Assembly: GCA_964016885.1 (NCBI GenBank) | Contig: OZ024741.1 | Span: 235,600,001-235,664,000, forward strand | Direction of reading: 5' to 3' | Source of the DNA: Eledone cirrhosa | Taxonomy: Eukaryota | DNA: 64,000 nt | Shown: positions 48,660-61,603 of the stretch, one piece after another | Numbering within the stretch: the stretch's first letter is position 1 | Layout of the letters: every line of letters begins with the position of its first letter | Program-made: the position numbers and the translations under genes | Notes under the pieces: model-generated | What the model was told of the DNA's origin: nothing | The model's database searches: none | The model's input: only the letters and a program-made list of their open reading frames with translations

Positions 48660-49540
48660 CAGGGTGCGGACGATATTTGTTCGCAAGATTACTGTCTAAG
48701 AAAAAATAACACAGTAGTTTTATTTTTTAAGATTTATTTATCAAATTTGGGTTAGTTTGTCTTCATGACTTGTTCTTTCGATCTCACTCGATAAACCCGC
48801 ATTTGGCTTTGATGACGGCCTCAGAACCGGCTACAGGCCTTCGTCACTGTCCCCCGATTTAGGCCCCTAAAGTCACTTGTGATCCTGGCCTTCTGATTGT
48901 CTTTCGTATTGCAGCTAGATCTGTTGGTGTCTTGTTCCACTGCGTCCTATACAAAGAAGTTGAGGGAGTTGCAGTCAGGCGAGCTGGAAGGCCAGATGTC
49001 AGGTGAAGTGTGGTTGACGAAGTTCTCTGACAGCCAGGCTTGGGTCTTTCGGCTGGTATGGCAGGGCACTGAATCTTGCTGCCACACGTACAGCCTACCT
49101 GCAGCTACCTGGTCGATCCAGGGCTTTACTACCTCGCTCAGAATGCGGATGTAGCCATCGGTGTTCAGCTTGAGGCCCTCAGGGAAGAAGTGAGGTGGCA
49201 TGATGTCACCTTGACTACTGACGACACCTAAGACCAATGTTATAGCTGGAAACTTTGTCTGCATGACTCTGGGCATGTCTTTGGATGAGACAGCGAGCCA
49301 CCTGTTGTTCTGGGAGTTGATCTTCTGGTCTTATTCGTCCTCCCGGCGCGGATTCCAAGGAGAACTCTGTGTCTCTTCCACAAATTTGGAGGTTCAAAAT
49401 TATTCATAATCAATTATTCTGAAAATAAATAATGGAAATATAGTCACTGTTTTTATGAAGACAAGAGTGACAACGGAAGTAAAAAAAATTTGCATAAAAT
49501 TAGCAGTTGAAAATTGCGAACACATATCGTCCGCACCCTG
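48660..49540 (-). mobile_element. Internally deleted maT-type Tc1/mariner transposon
   Basis: TIRs CAGGGTGCGGACGATATTTGTTCGCAA with TA flanks. Colinear with 62521-63811 but lacks about 410 bp. Confidence 0.92.
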
Positions 49541-49639
49541 TATATATATAGTAATAATAAATGTGAAGACCAAAATCCGAAGAGGGCTCAATAAGGATTG
49601 TATATATATATAAAAGTATACATAAACGCATATAGCAAA

Positions 49640-49788
49640 TATTTATTATTAGCACAGATTAAAATTTAAGCAAAGAATTGCTGCTTTCACCCTATTACAG
49701 GATCTTCTGAGTTTCAGAAGATCCCGTAATAGGGTGAAAGCAGTGATTCTTTACTTAAACTTTAAGCTGTACTATTAATAAATAAATA
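49640..49788. repeat. Imperfect hairpin (about 70-bp arms, 3-nt loop)
   Basis: 49681-49710 and 49714-49743 pair with one mismatch; pairing extends imperfectly outward. Confidence 0.85.
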
Positions 49789-51201
49789 TATATATAGTTT
49801 CAAAAAAAGCCTGCATGGCTAGGCTAAGTCTTTAGAATATGAATTTATAATGGAGGAGGGGGGCAAACAGGACAAAGACAATGGAAAAGACAACGGAAAA
49901 ACAGACAGTCGCATCTCAGTGAACCTCTGGAAATCCCTCTGGCCTTGGTGCCTCATATTTTTGAGCATTTTATCAGGTGACGGTAATGCTTGAACACGAG
50001 TTTGTAACCATTATGTATGTATGTATATATGTGTATATGCATGGGGAAAGACTTGGTTTGGTGTCTGAGCACACGGCTAGCCCACTGGGTGTAAAAGACC
50101 CCTAGTTCGAGTTAGGACATCATTCTAGGAGAAGGAAAACACTGATGTAAAAACTGCGTCCCAATGGCAGCTAATAGTGTTGAACTGTTCTTTTTTTAGG
50201 ATACCTGTGACCATTGTTCAGAGAGTGAGATTGGTCTAGTGCAATGCCATTCTTCACTTTAAAAAGTTTCAAGTGCTTGGAAGGGCTAAAAAGTCATGTT
50301 TGTGTCACCTATGTATAAGAAAATGGTCAAAACATAACTGCTCAATGTAAATTTGACACAAAAATACAAACAATAGAGCACATTTATAACAGATAATGTT
50401 ATAAATACAACATTTTTAATATCTTGCAAATAAATAACATAGAACCAAGTAGAAAACACAATTACTTGATACCTAAGGTTTCATGGTAGTGTTGTTTATC
50501 TTTTAGGCAAGAATAAGATGGCTGATGTTATTTCATACATGAAATCTTGTCAAGTGCAAATGAGGCAATAATAATGTAACAATAAATTTGTTGTTTTTTG
50601 TTATTGGGTTCTTTTTTTATAGTTAGCCCTATTCCTGGTTTTTTGTGGCATTTTTCATATGTGACCTTGCTGAAAAACCAGCATTTTGGGTGCGTTTAGC
50701 AGATCCCACTTTGTTACTATCATCCAGGCCAGAACTCTAGTCTGAAGATAATTTCATCTGGATTTGGAGGCCCTGAAAAGGGTTAGAGGTACTGTCTTTC
50801 TTCCTCTGATTAAACCATCAAAATCTACAGAGGAACCTGAGTTGAGGGTGGATGTAGTCTCAATTTGTAAAGCATATTTTCCTATTACTGGCCTACTTAA
50901 CTGAACTGCAGTCATAATTGTAGTGAAAGCTCCCACTCACTGAATCCAGTGGAACAGCAATCAGGTTTCAAGTATAAGTTTCCACTCACTCATTGAAGCA
51001 TGTTAATGGAATTGCAGCCATGGTTCTAGTCAAGGCCTCCACTCACATATCCAAGTGAAACTGCAGTTTTACAACAAATAAAAGCCAATTGTCAGCTAGA
51101 ATATTGCCAGGAACTTAGTGCTCTACAGACAGAACAAAGCAAAGAACAGAACCCACTCTTCCTGTTCTATAGAGAAATAGAAGCTGGTGAATGGTGATTA
51201 A

Positions 51202-51412
51202 CTCTTTAGTATTCACATTACTCTCTATATATATACTATTGTATTTTCATGGTAAAGACTTTACCTCACATAATATCGAATCTATGAGATTTAAAAAGTA
51301 TTTATTTTGAGAACAATACCTTAACATTAGTTTGAGCGACCAGTTACAGCCAGTTTCAACAGAAAGAGGTAGAGAATTCAGGCCAGTTTTGGCCGGTTTG
51401 AACATTAAAGGG
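51202..51412. mobile_element. piggyBac-like MITE, same family as 1429-1817, opposite orientation
   Basis: TTAA flanks. Internal CCAGTTACAGCCAGTTT...AACAGAAAG is complementary to 1467-1493. Confidence 0.7.
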
Positions 51413-52574
51413 TTAAGCTGAAAATTGGCAGAGTTGTTAGAACATAAAATAGAATGCTTTGCAGTATTCATTCCAGCTTTCTGCACTCTAGAGATCAAAG
51501 TCCACCAAGATCAACTTTCAAGGTTGTTAAAAAAAGGACCAGTACATTACTGAAGTCAATTTTTCTTCTATATCTCTGTCTCTCTTCCTCTCTATCAGTC
51601 TCCTTTGGAAGAGAGTTCAGCCCTGGATGTTATGGGTTCTTACATGAATAGTGATATCATGACATGAGGATGACTAGGTATGATGATATAAGATTAATAT
51701 TTCTAGGATGAGGAAAATATCTTAAATACACTTATTCAATGACAAATAGTTATTGTTGTTGTTTAGCTGTAGATCAGCCTGATCAAACAGACCTATCCAT
51801 AAAGGAATTCAAGCCTTGATTATTTCATCTTTTTCAAAGACATTACATAAACTGCGTACCTAAGTTGCTGGATTTGACACCTGAATTTAGAGTGTGAACA
51901 TTATTTTCAGCCACCTTCCCTTGCTAAGAAAGATAGGACAGTTTTCTCTGTCTGATGGCTAGAGCAAAAACGGGTGGACATGTTTGAAAGAGTAGTCAGG
52001 TCCTAGAATTTCATAAGAAGCGTTCATTATCAAATTTAAGTTTCACCTGAAGTGGAAGAAAAAATTTGCCTCAAGTGAGAAGGAAAGATCGATTATACCG
52101 ACCTCAGTATTTGACTGATTCTTTATTTATTGATCCCCAGGAGAAAGAAAGTGAAAGTTAACATCAACAGAATTTGAACTCAGAACATGAAGAACCATAA
52201 CTAAACGTCGCAAAGCATTTTTTCCAACGCTCTCACGATTCTAGCAATCCACCCAAGTACATTAAATGGGTAGTGACAGATATATAAGGGATGACAGGCT
52301 CACCCATTCTGTTTTCCGCTTGTCCTGATGCAGATACTTCTCTTTTTGAGTTTCATGTCGAGATAAATTTACTTCTTCACTAATTTTATAAAACTATATT
52401 TCATATGATCGATATATAACATGTTTTTTTTAATGATTTTTATTAAAACACCCTTTACACAGTTTTCTTTTCATCAACGCAATGTCATTTTCGGTACCCT
52501 TGAGGCAAATAAAGAAATCCTTTCTTGTGGATATATATTTTGGACTATAACAAGAATAAATTCAAAGAAATAAA

Positions 52575-52798
52575 TACGCGTAAGACAGTTTATCCTTTAA
52601 ACGTACATTAAGGGGCGGGAGAAAAGTATAAGTGGAGAAGGGGGTGCACCGGTGTAAAAGTCCCGGGGAAAATATATCCGACATTTCGGGGCTAAAAGAA
52701 AAAAAAAAGATAAAGTGGCGAGTTGCCTTGAGACACGGGTCGAACCGATTCGATGGAGGAGGCGAGAAATTAGTGAAATACACCGACCTCAGGTAATA
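52575..52798 (+). promoter_or_regulatory. Possible promoter and first non-coding exon
   Basis: Local CpG-rich non-repetitive patch, GC box GGGGCGGGA (52612-52620) and donor-like CAG|GTAATA (GT at 52793). Confidence 0.4.
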
Positions 52799-54191
52799 AA
52801 GTGAAAATTATTTTCGTCTGTTATCCACTGTCATTGTATTTAAGCACGACTACTTCTGAAATTATTCGTAATTTCTCGTCCATCCTTTAATCCATGTGAA
52901 ATAAGTGATCGTACGTACGAACTGCACATAGCCACACAGGCAGACATAGATTTATTTCAACGTCTATCTCTATGTCTGCCTATTGATTTATCAATGCGTC
53001 TCTCTTCGTTTATCTGTCCATCTAGCTGTCTTTCTCCATCTACCCATCTCTGTATATATATATGTATATATATATATATATATATAACCATTCATTGCAT
53101 TGTATTTATGTTTATACATACATATTGAAACACAAATTAGCACCTGAGGATTTCCCAAATACACACACGCTTTTTCATATATATATATATATATATAATT
53201 TTATTTTTATAATTTTTCTTGTGGATATGTGCAAATATGAATGCAAATGCATTTTAAAATTATTCATATTTTGATGCCTATTTAAGTTTATTGCTTTCTT
53301 GTGATTTTATTTATCAAAATTATAGGGGAGATAGGGAGATAGTGGCGTAAGATAAAACTGGAAATAATACAACCTGCAATTGTACATATTTACTAACAAT
53401 ATTAATATGTCATACATATTTATAGTATGTATTTTGTATTATTTAAAAGACCATTCACACATGTCCCTAAAATGTTGAATTTATATTTACATATATCTAT
53501 ATACACACACACATATATATATATATATGAAATGCAGATGTCCCAACGCAAATAATTATATTTATGGTCGAGGCGCCGGTTATATATATACATATCACCA
53601 CCCTATATATATATATATATAATTTCGTTTTCAAAGCAAAGGTAGAACTGTACATGGATACCGACTATGCGAAATGTTTCGTAACATTTCAAATAATTAA
53701 ATGTACAACTCCTTTTTTTTTAATGATAGAAGTTGATTTTTCCATCAATATACTTGTTTATATATATCTATCTATGTATATATATGTATATATACACACA
53801 TTGAAGTGTGAGTGTATGTACATGTGTGTGTATGAATACTCATAATTAAATACACAAACTAATAAATCTTCATCTTTTAATTAAGTGCTAAAATTAATTA
53901 ATCACAGAATAATTTCACGAAAAAAAAGTTTTTCAGTTCGTCTTAACACATCCCGAATTATCTCCCTTGGCAATGACCCCTCCCCCCCTTCTATACCTCT
54001 ATCACTACTCCCTTATATATAATTCCTCTTTCTCCCCCCTCTCTCTACACTGTTGATATATGTATGAACGTGTGTGAGTACATTGTCTATCTATCTGCCT
54101 AGTGTAAAGATTATTTTGAATGCGGGGGGGGGGGGGGGTTAGAGTTTAGATTCTGGGTGTATATACATACATATTTACACAAAGCGCACAC

Positions 54192-54224
<33 letters not shown>

Positions 54225-54483
54225 GTGTGCACACATGTAATTATTCACGAGTATATTGACATGTATGCATACCTCCCCACATAACATACACATGCAAATG
54301 TATATTGACATTTATAAATTTCAATCACAATTAGTGTATTTATATGTAATCACACAAATATATACATATGCATACATAATTCAGAAACTGTAAATTTTAG
54401 ATTATATTTCACTATCTACACAATGATGATGTGTTTATATATATGTGTGTGTGTGTGCTGGAACAGGTAAAAGAGTATATATA

Positions 54484-54532
<49 letters not shown>

Positions 54533-55120
54533 ATTTAAATATACGTACATAATATCACCCACAAACACTACATTCTTTTACCACACGCACACATTATATA
54601 TTGAGGGCATAGACGATACAATGACCCCACAGTAACAGTTACTGCCCAGTTTCATCAATGCATGTATACATTGCCAATATATGCTCTGTTTGTATATTAT
54701 TGAGTTCTCTTTCTCGGAAAGGTACCTACTGCCAGTAATAAACACTATATATCATCATCGTCTAACGTCCATTTTCCACACTTGCTGTCAGTTGAGACAT
54801 CCAGGTCGGAGGACCGTGTTTTGCTCATACAGATCTGATTTTGGCTTGGTTTCTACGGCTTGATGCCCTTCTTAACGCCAACCACATTTACAATGTGTAC
54901 TGGGTGCTTTTTGTCGAGACACCTACACAACCACTTTACAGTGTAGACTGGGCGCTTATTGTCGTGGCTCCAGGATGACCACTTTATGGTGTGAATTGGG
55001 GTCTTGGGTGGGTGAGATGCATGGGGAATTGGCATATATTAGGTTGTTCAGTAGATTAGTGGTTTACTGAGAAAGGTACCAAAATCAGCACTCTCTGCTA
55101 AGACAGAGTGTGTATATATA

Positions 55121-55557
55121 TCATCATCATCACCGTTTTCCATCTGTTCTTCCACGCTAGCATGGGTTAGACGCGTTGTCCTGTTGTGGGCAGTGTCCAG
55201 TCGGCTGACCTTGTCTTGCTCATACGGGAACTGATTCTGGCTTGATTTCTACAGCTGGATGCCCTTCCTAACCAACCTCATTTACAGTGAGTGCTGGGTG
55301 CTTTTTTTCCGTGGTGCCTACACGTCCACTTTACATTGTGGGCTGGGTGCTTTTTTGCCGTGGCACTTCCACGACCACTTTGCAGTGGAATGATATGGAC
55401 CCCAGTCCTATCATCTCATTTCTACAGCTGAGTAAACTGGAGCAATTTGAAACAAAGTGTCTTGCTCAAGGAAACAACACATCACCCGGTCCGAGAATTG
55501 AACTCACAACCTTTTGATTGCAAACCCAATGCTCTAAACTCTAAGCCATGCGCCTTC
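55121..55557 (-). mobile_element. SINE family B, longer variant, full length
   Basis: Reverse complement of the 16064-16478 type, with the tRNA-like head at 55495-55557. Confidence 0.87.
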
Positions 55558-56601
55558 ATATATGTATATACATATATATATATCATCATATATATATCGT
55601 GAAGCGTATAGTCCTGCTTCAGTCATGAAGGACCATGGGATTTGTACCTAGAAAGTTCCACTTCGAGGCAAGGTTGTTTGTGGAAGATCAGCAGTCTCCT
55701 ATGCATTCTGGTATGCCCTTTCCACACCACCGATGTTGTCCAAGGGAAAAACAGTGGCTGATACCGCTTGGCACCTGTGATGAAGCAACGTGAAATAAAG
55801 TATCTTGCTCAAGGACAAAATGCATAAGCCAATCCGAGAATTGAACTCACAACCCCCCCCCCCCCCCCTCCCATATATATATATATATATGAAAAACAAG
55901 GGGAGAAGAATACTGCATGGTTGCACATGGATTACATATTATAAAATTAGTCCCTCATCAGTGATTTGCCAACCATCACTGGTATTTCATCGCATTAAAA
56001 ATCAGATACCTCAGGTTGGTGCGAGCAATAACTAAAATAAGCTATTGGGACAAATGAAACGCGTAAAGCGAGTGAGACAAGTAAACAACAGAAGGAAAAG
56101 CAAACCGAAATATATATATATATATCACTCTTTTAAGTTGTGAAATAGACTGGTTTATGCACGTGGCTGCCGCAATCCAGCTCGCTACTCTATATAGCTG
56201 TATAATAGATACTGGCATTTAATGTCCGTTAAAGGTTCTTGGTACTACCATTGTTACTATCACTTTCCTCTAGCCATGGGACTTGGAGACATGAGCCGAA
56301 TGCTACCATTCTATTATACAATGATGTGGGATTACTCTTTCTAATAACCATCTTTTCACTATCTTATTAATTTGTGTTTGAGACACGTTGGCTGAGAGCT
56401 TTTGACGGGAACGAAAATATTTGTTTTCTATTCTCCCGTCACCACGTAAGGTTTGTAAATCAGTGGCTGGTCGGGGGACAGAATTGTATCGGATTCCAGT
56501 TACTAATCACTTTACTGTGTCAGCCGTCACAAACAGTCATAGCTGGCATTGGCTGGGGTTTGGATTCTGTCGATTGATTGGTTATTATTGATTAGGTGAT
56601 A

Positions 56602-56712
56602 CCCGCTGAAGAAGCCACATGCGACGATTATGCATTGTTGCATAATATATGCAGACAGAGGGTGCAGTGCACCCTACTGCTACATTAAGTGTGGCCGAAA
56701 CTCGAGTCCGGG
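56602..56712 (+). ncRNA. Type I hammerhead ribozyme motif with large branched stem II
   Basis: Stem I CCCG/CGGG; CTGAAGA (56606-56612); stem II GCCACAT/GTGTGGC; GAAA (56697-56700); palindromic stem III ACTCGAGT; GTC site, with predicted cut after 56708. Confidence 0.75.
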
Positions 56713-57589
56713 AACTATTATAGGCACCCGTTTTATGTGTGTTGTATTGAAGCGAATAACTATGTGTATACTCTGGGAATGTATCCTACATTACCTGTTG
56801 AGTACGCTGAGGTGCAACCAGTCCTGGCATTGATAAATATGCTGGATCCGTCAACTCCCTCCCCCACACGTTCTCCCCTTTACTTTATTTTCCTCTCTCT
56901 TCCACTGACAAACTAGAACACACCCTAAGCTGTCTTTCTCTCTCGCCTACCCTATACAGTGTCCATCTCCATGTCACACATCACCACTTCACTTCACTAA
57001 TTAAATCAATACATTGGTTTTGAACACCCACCTCATCCCAAAATTTCCCCAGGATCATAATCCAACTCATAGTTAATTTAGAACAGGTGGAATGGGGGTA
57101 TACTGCAGGGCACACCCTAACCCTACCCACCTTGCTAGAAGAAAATAAAATCCATACCCCCCCCCCCAACTTCAGATGAAATAATATATATTGGGTTTGT
57201 GGTTGAAATATACACACATATTCTTTTACCAATATTGGAAGAATTACAATTCCTTTAGCGGGGAGAGAATGCTTTGGAATAAGAGAAGTTGAATATATTT
57301 TTCATACATACCATGTCGTTGCTGACATGCTGTGTCGTTGAATTACTATATGAATATATCCTACTCAATTTATTAGGATAATAACAGCCAAAAACTGTCT
57401 AAAGCAGCTCAACAATGATGGAGCAGTGTCTTGGATTGGTCAATGTTGTTTTTTGAATTCCTGAAACCATGGTTGGGGAACTCTCTAAGTAAAACTGATT
57501 TATTTTAGTCTAACTAGCTTATATTCCCCCCAAAAGTGATCTTGGCTTAAGTTTCAATATATATGTAGAACATTTCTATATTTTTCTGT

Positions 57590-58580
57590 CATCATCATCA
57601 TCGTTTAACGTCTATCTTCCAAGCTAGCATGGGTTAGACGGGAATTGTCCCACTTGAGGTAAGATTGATCGGGTAACTGTGTCTCGCTCGTATAGGACTG
57701 TATCTGGCAGGTTTACTATGGCTGGATGCCCTTCCTAGCACCAACTACATTTAGTGTGGCTTGGGAGCCTTTTTACCGTGTTTCCTACACGACCACTTTA
57801 CAGCATGGACTGGGTGCTTTTTTGCCGTGACACCTTCATGACCTTTAGTTTGGACTGGATGTTCTGTGGTACCAACATAACTTTACAGAGAAAAGGTGGT
57901 GTTGTTGGGGTGGGAGGATGGAGTAGGGGTAGTGGGTTGGGGTGTATATTTGGTTAAGAGGTGCCTACTGGTTGTAGGTTTAACTTTGTACGTAGGGAAG
58001 GCAAGTGTGTAAGGTCGGAATTTATCAAGTCGTTCCAGGTTTTTCTGGGTCTACCTACTCCGTATCTTCCATCAATTTTGATTGCCCTGCATTTTTTTAT
58101 ACAGCTGTCGTCTTTCATGCGCATCACATGAACATACCAACATAATCTTCTCTCAAGTAAACAGCATCTGACCCCTCTTATTCCTAATTTCTCACTTAGT
58201 TCATTTATGTTTAGCCGTTCGTGTATATTACTATTACACATCCAATTGGAGCATGCATGCTTTGTTCCTTTCCAGTCTGCGCAGGTCCTCTGCCCACAAT
58301 GCCCATGCCTCACTGCCATGTAACATAGCTGTTCGTATACACGCATCATACAATCTGACTTTCATTTTTAGAGAGAAACCTTTTGTGGCCAAAAGCGGTA
58401 TTAGCTCTCTGAACTTTTTCCATCCCGTTCTAACTCTGGCTACTGTACTTTCAGAGCACCCTCCTCCACTGCTGATTTTGTCACCCAGGTAACGGAAAGT
58501 GTCCACTATTTCTATAAAAGCATCTGGGCAGTAGAAGGAGCTAGTATCCTGTGGGCACTTGCAACTTATTGCACCTGAGC
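57590..58580 (-). mobile_element. RTE 3' fragment fused to a SINE B-type tail
   Basis: DTFRYLGDKISSGGGC...LHGSEAWAL...GRPRKTW, then a body ending in (TGA)n. Confidence 0.85.
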
Positions 58581-59303
58581 TTTGGTCACATCTGTGTATT
58601 TTTTATATATTGAATGTTCAACTTTATGTTGCAAATCAGCCCTTACATGTGTGTATATATATGTATATATGTATGCACGTTACTAGTTGAGTTCTATATT
58701 GGCAGGAATTCCACATTTGTGAATTCATCCACCATAATGTGTTTTTCTCTTACAATGGTCTTCTATTTTAGAGGTTACATGTCACGATAACATAAGACTG
58801 CTGGATTTTATAACCTAGCGGTACGCACAAATTATGGCCTAAATATCGAGTTTGGGCATTTCCTGCTGAAGAAATGTAATAGCCCGATTGCGTAATATCT
58901 GTTGATACTGCACAATTTTTGCATACTGCAAATTTAATAACTGTGATAAGCAGAATATTGCATCCAGGAGTTAGACACATGTCTTTACCAAAACACTGCC
59001 ACTGTACTCACTATATAACTATTATGTGTGCACTCTGAACATTGAGATGCAGTTTCACAATAAGCAAGCTTATTGTCTCATTGAGTAAGAGGTTCATGGC
59101 TGGAGATTGTTGAAATAACTTCAATTACTTTCATAATCTGTGTATATATATGTATATATATGTGTACATGTATATATATATAGAGAGAGAATGAAACAGT
59201 TCTAGTCCTGCAGAATCTCATCTATATTAAAACTTTTATACTCTACTATGTATTGAGTACCTTACTTACTGTGGTTACTTCTGATTCAACCCGGAATAAC
59301 TTA

Positions 59304-59359
<56 letters not shown>

Positions 59360-59749
59360 GAGAGAGAGATTATATTAGTAATCAGTTTACATTAGTTAAA
59401 CTGGTGTAACATGAAATCGAAGACCATGTCAACATACAGTGGTTTTTGACTCAACATACAAATTACTTTTCATAGTTGTTCCTGTGGTGATCAACCGTAG
59501 GTACCATAAGTGACAATTCCTAGAATATTTATATATAAATCAATAAATTACATGAATACATCAAATTCCATAATTGAAGGACCAATATTTATTACATAAT
59601 TTACACGTGTTTCATTAATAAGTAAATGATTACATCTAGATTCGCTAATCCGATGTAGATATCGGGATAAATCAACTTCAAATATGTTGTATCATAAGTT
59701 TACATATCAACTTACCAAAGCAGAATGATGGCTTTATCCATACAAGGAA

Positions 59750-59786
<37 letters not shown>

Positions 59787-59859
59787 TCCTTCAATTATGA
59801 TCGTAAATCCAACACCCTTACCACTAGGCCACGTGCCTCCATGTATATATGTATATGTA

Positions 59860-60677
59860 TAAATATATATATGTATAAGTATGTGGGTACACAAGAGATG
59901 TAGTGAGATCTCAGGAAGTTTAGCTAAGAATGTAGGCTTTACATGTAGCAGTTGCACTGGAACAGTAAGCAGCAAATGACTGCAGGAAACAAGCTCTACC
60001 AAATTCTCGGAGGGCTCTGTAGAAACAGTAGATAGCTTCTGCTACTTAGGTGACCGAATTAGTAGTGGTGATGGGTGTTCTGAAAGTACAGTAGCCAGAG
60101 TAAGAACAGGATGGAGGAAGTCCAGGGAGCTACTACCACTGCTGGCTACAAAAGCCTTCTCCCTCAGAATGAAAGGCAGACTGTATGATGCGTGCTTACG
60201 TACAGCTATGTTACATGATAGTGAGATTTGGGCGCTGTCTGCAGAAGAATTGTGTAGATTGGAAAGAAACGAAGCCTGCATACTCTGATGGATGTGTAAT
60301 AGTAATATGTGAGAATGACGAAGCATAAATGAACTGAGAGAGAAACAAGGCATAAAAGGAATCAAATGCTGTGTGCAGGAGAGGAGATTGTGTTGGTATA
60401 GACATGTGTTGCATATGAAGGATGTGGACGTGTAAAAGACATGGCAAAAAGCACCCAGCCCACACTGTAAAGAGGACATGTAAAAGACACACCAAAAAGC
60501 ACCCAGCACACACTGTCAATGTGGTTGACATTAGGAAGGGCATCCAGCCATAGAAAACCAACCAGAAACACCCCTATATGAGCGAGTCACAGTCACCCGA
60601 TCCAACCTACTTCTAAATTGGACCCGTCTAACCCATGCTTTCATGGTAGATAAACATTAGTCAATGATGATGATGAT
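59860..60677 (+). mobile_element. Decayed RTE fragment plus SINE B-type tail
   Basis: VDSFCYLGDRISSG...LPLLATKAFSLRMKGRLYDAC, followed by AAAAGCACCCAG units and a (TGA)n tail. Confidence 0.8.
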
Positions 60678-60699
60678 ATATATGTGTATATATATATAT

Positions 60700-61527
60700 T
60701 ACATGGCAGTGAGACATGGGCATTGTGTGCAGAGGACCTGCGCAGACTGGAAAGGAATGAAGCTTGCATGCTCCGTTGGATGTGTAATAGTAATATACAC
60801 GAATGGCTAAACATAAACGAACTAAGTGAGAAATTAGGAATAAGAGGGATCAGATGCTGTTTACTTGAGAGAAGATTACATTGGTATGGTCACGTGATGC
60901 GCATGAAAGACGACAGCTGTATAAAAAAGTGCAGGGCAATCAAAATTGATGGAAGTTACGGAGTAGGTAGACCCAGAAAAACCTGGGACGACTTGATAAA
61001 TTCCGACCTTATACACTTACACCTCTCTAAGACAATGTCACTGGATTGAGACCTTTGGCGCTATGCAGTAATACAGAAGACCCGCGTTCCCTACGTGCAA
61101 AGTTAACCTACAGTCAGTTGACCCCCTCCAAACCAAGCATACATCCAAATCCACTACCCCTACTCCACCCTTCCACTCTGGCCAACACCACCCTTTCTCT
61201 ATAAAGTTATGTTGGTACCACAACATCCAGTCCAAACTAATGAGGTTGTGTAGGTGTCACGACGACAAAAAAAAAGGAAAGAGAGAAGGGGGAAAAAAAA
61301 ACAGTCCACGCTGTAATGTGGTCGTGTAGGTAACACGGTAAAAATCTCCCAGTCCACACTGTAAATGTGGTTGGTGTTAGGAAGGGCATCCAACCGTAGA
61401 AAGCCTGTCAGATAGTCCTATACGAGCGAGACACAGTCACCCGACCAATCTTACCTTAAATTGGACGATTCCCGTCTAACCCATGCTAGCATGGAAGATA
61501 GACGTTAAACGATGATGATGATGATGA
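60700..61527 (+). mobile_element. RTE 3' fragment fused to a SINE B-type tail (inverted homolog of 57590-58322)
   Basis: LHGSETWAL...GRPRKTWDDLINSDL, with the same downstream body and tail. Confidence 0.85.
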
Positions 61528-61603
61528 TTATATATATATGTATGTATATATATATATATATATATATGTGTGTATATGTATATGCATAAATATGTATATA
61601 CAA

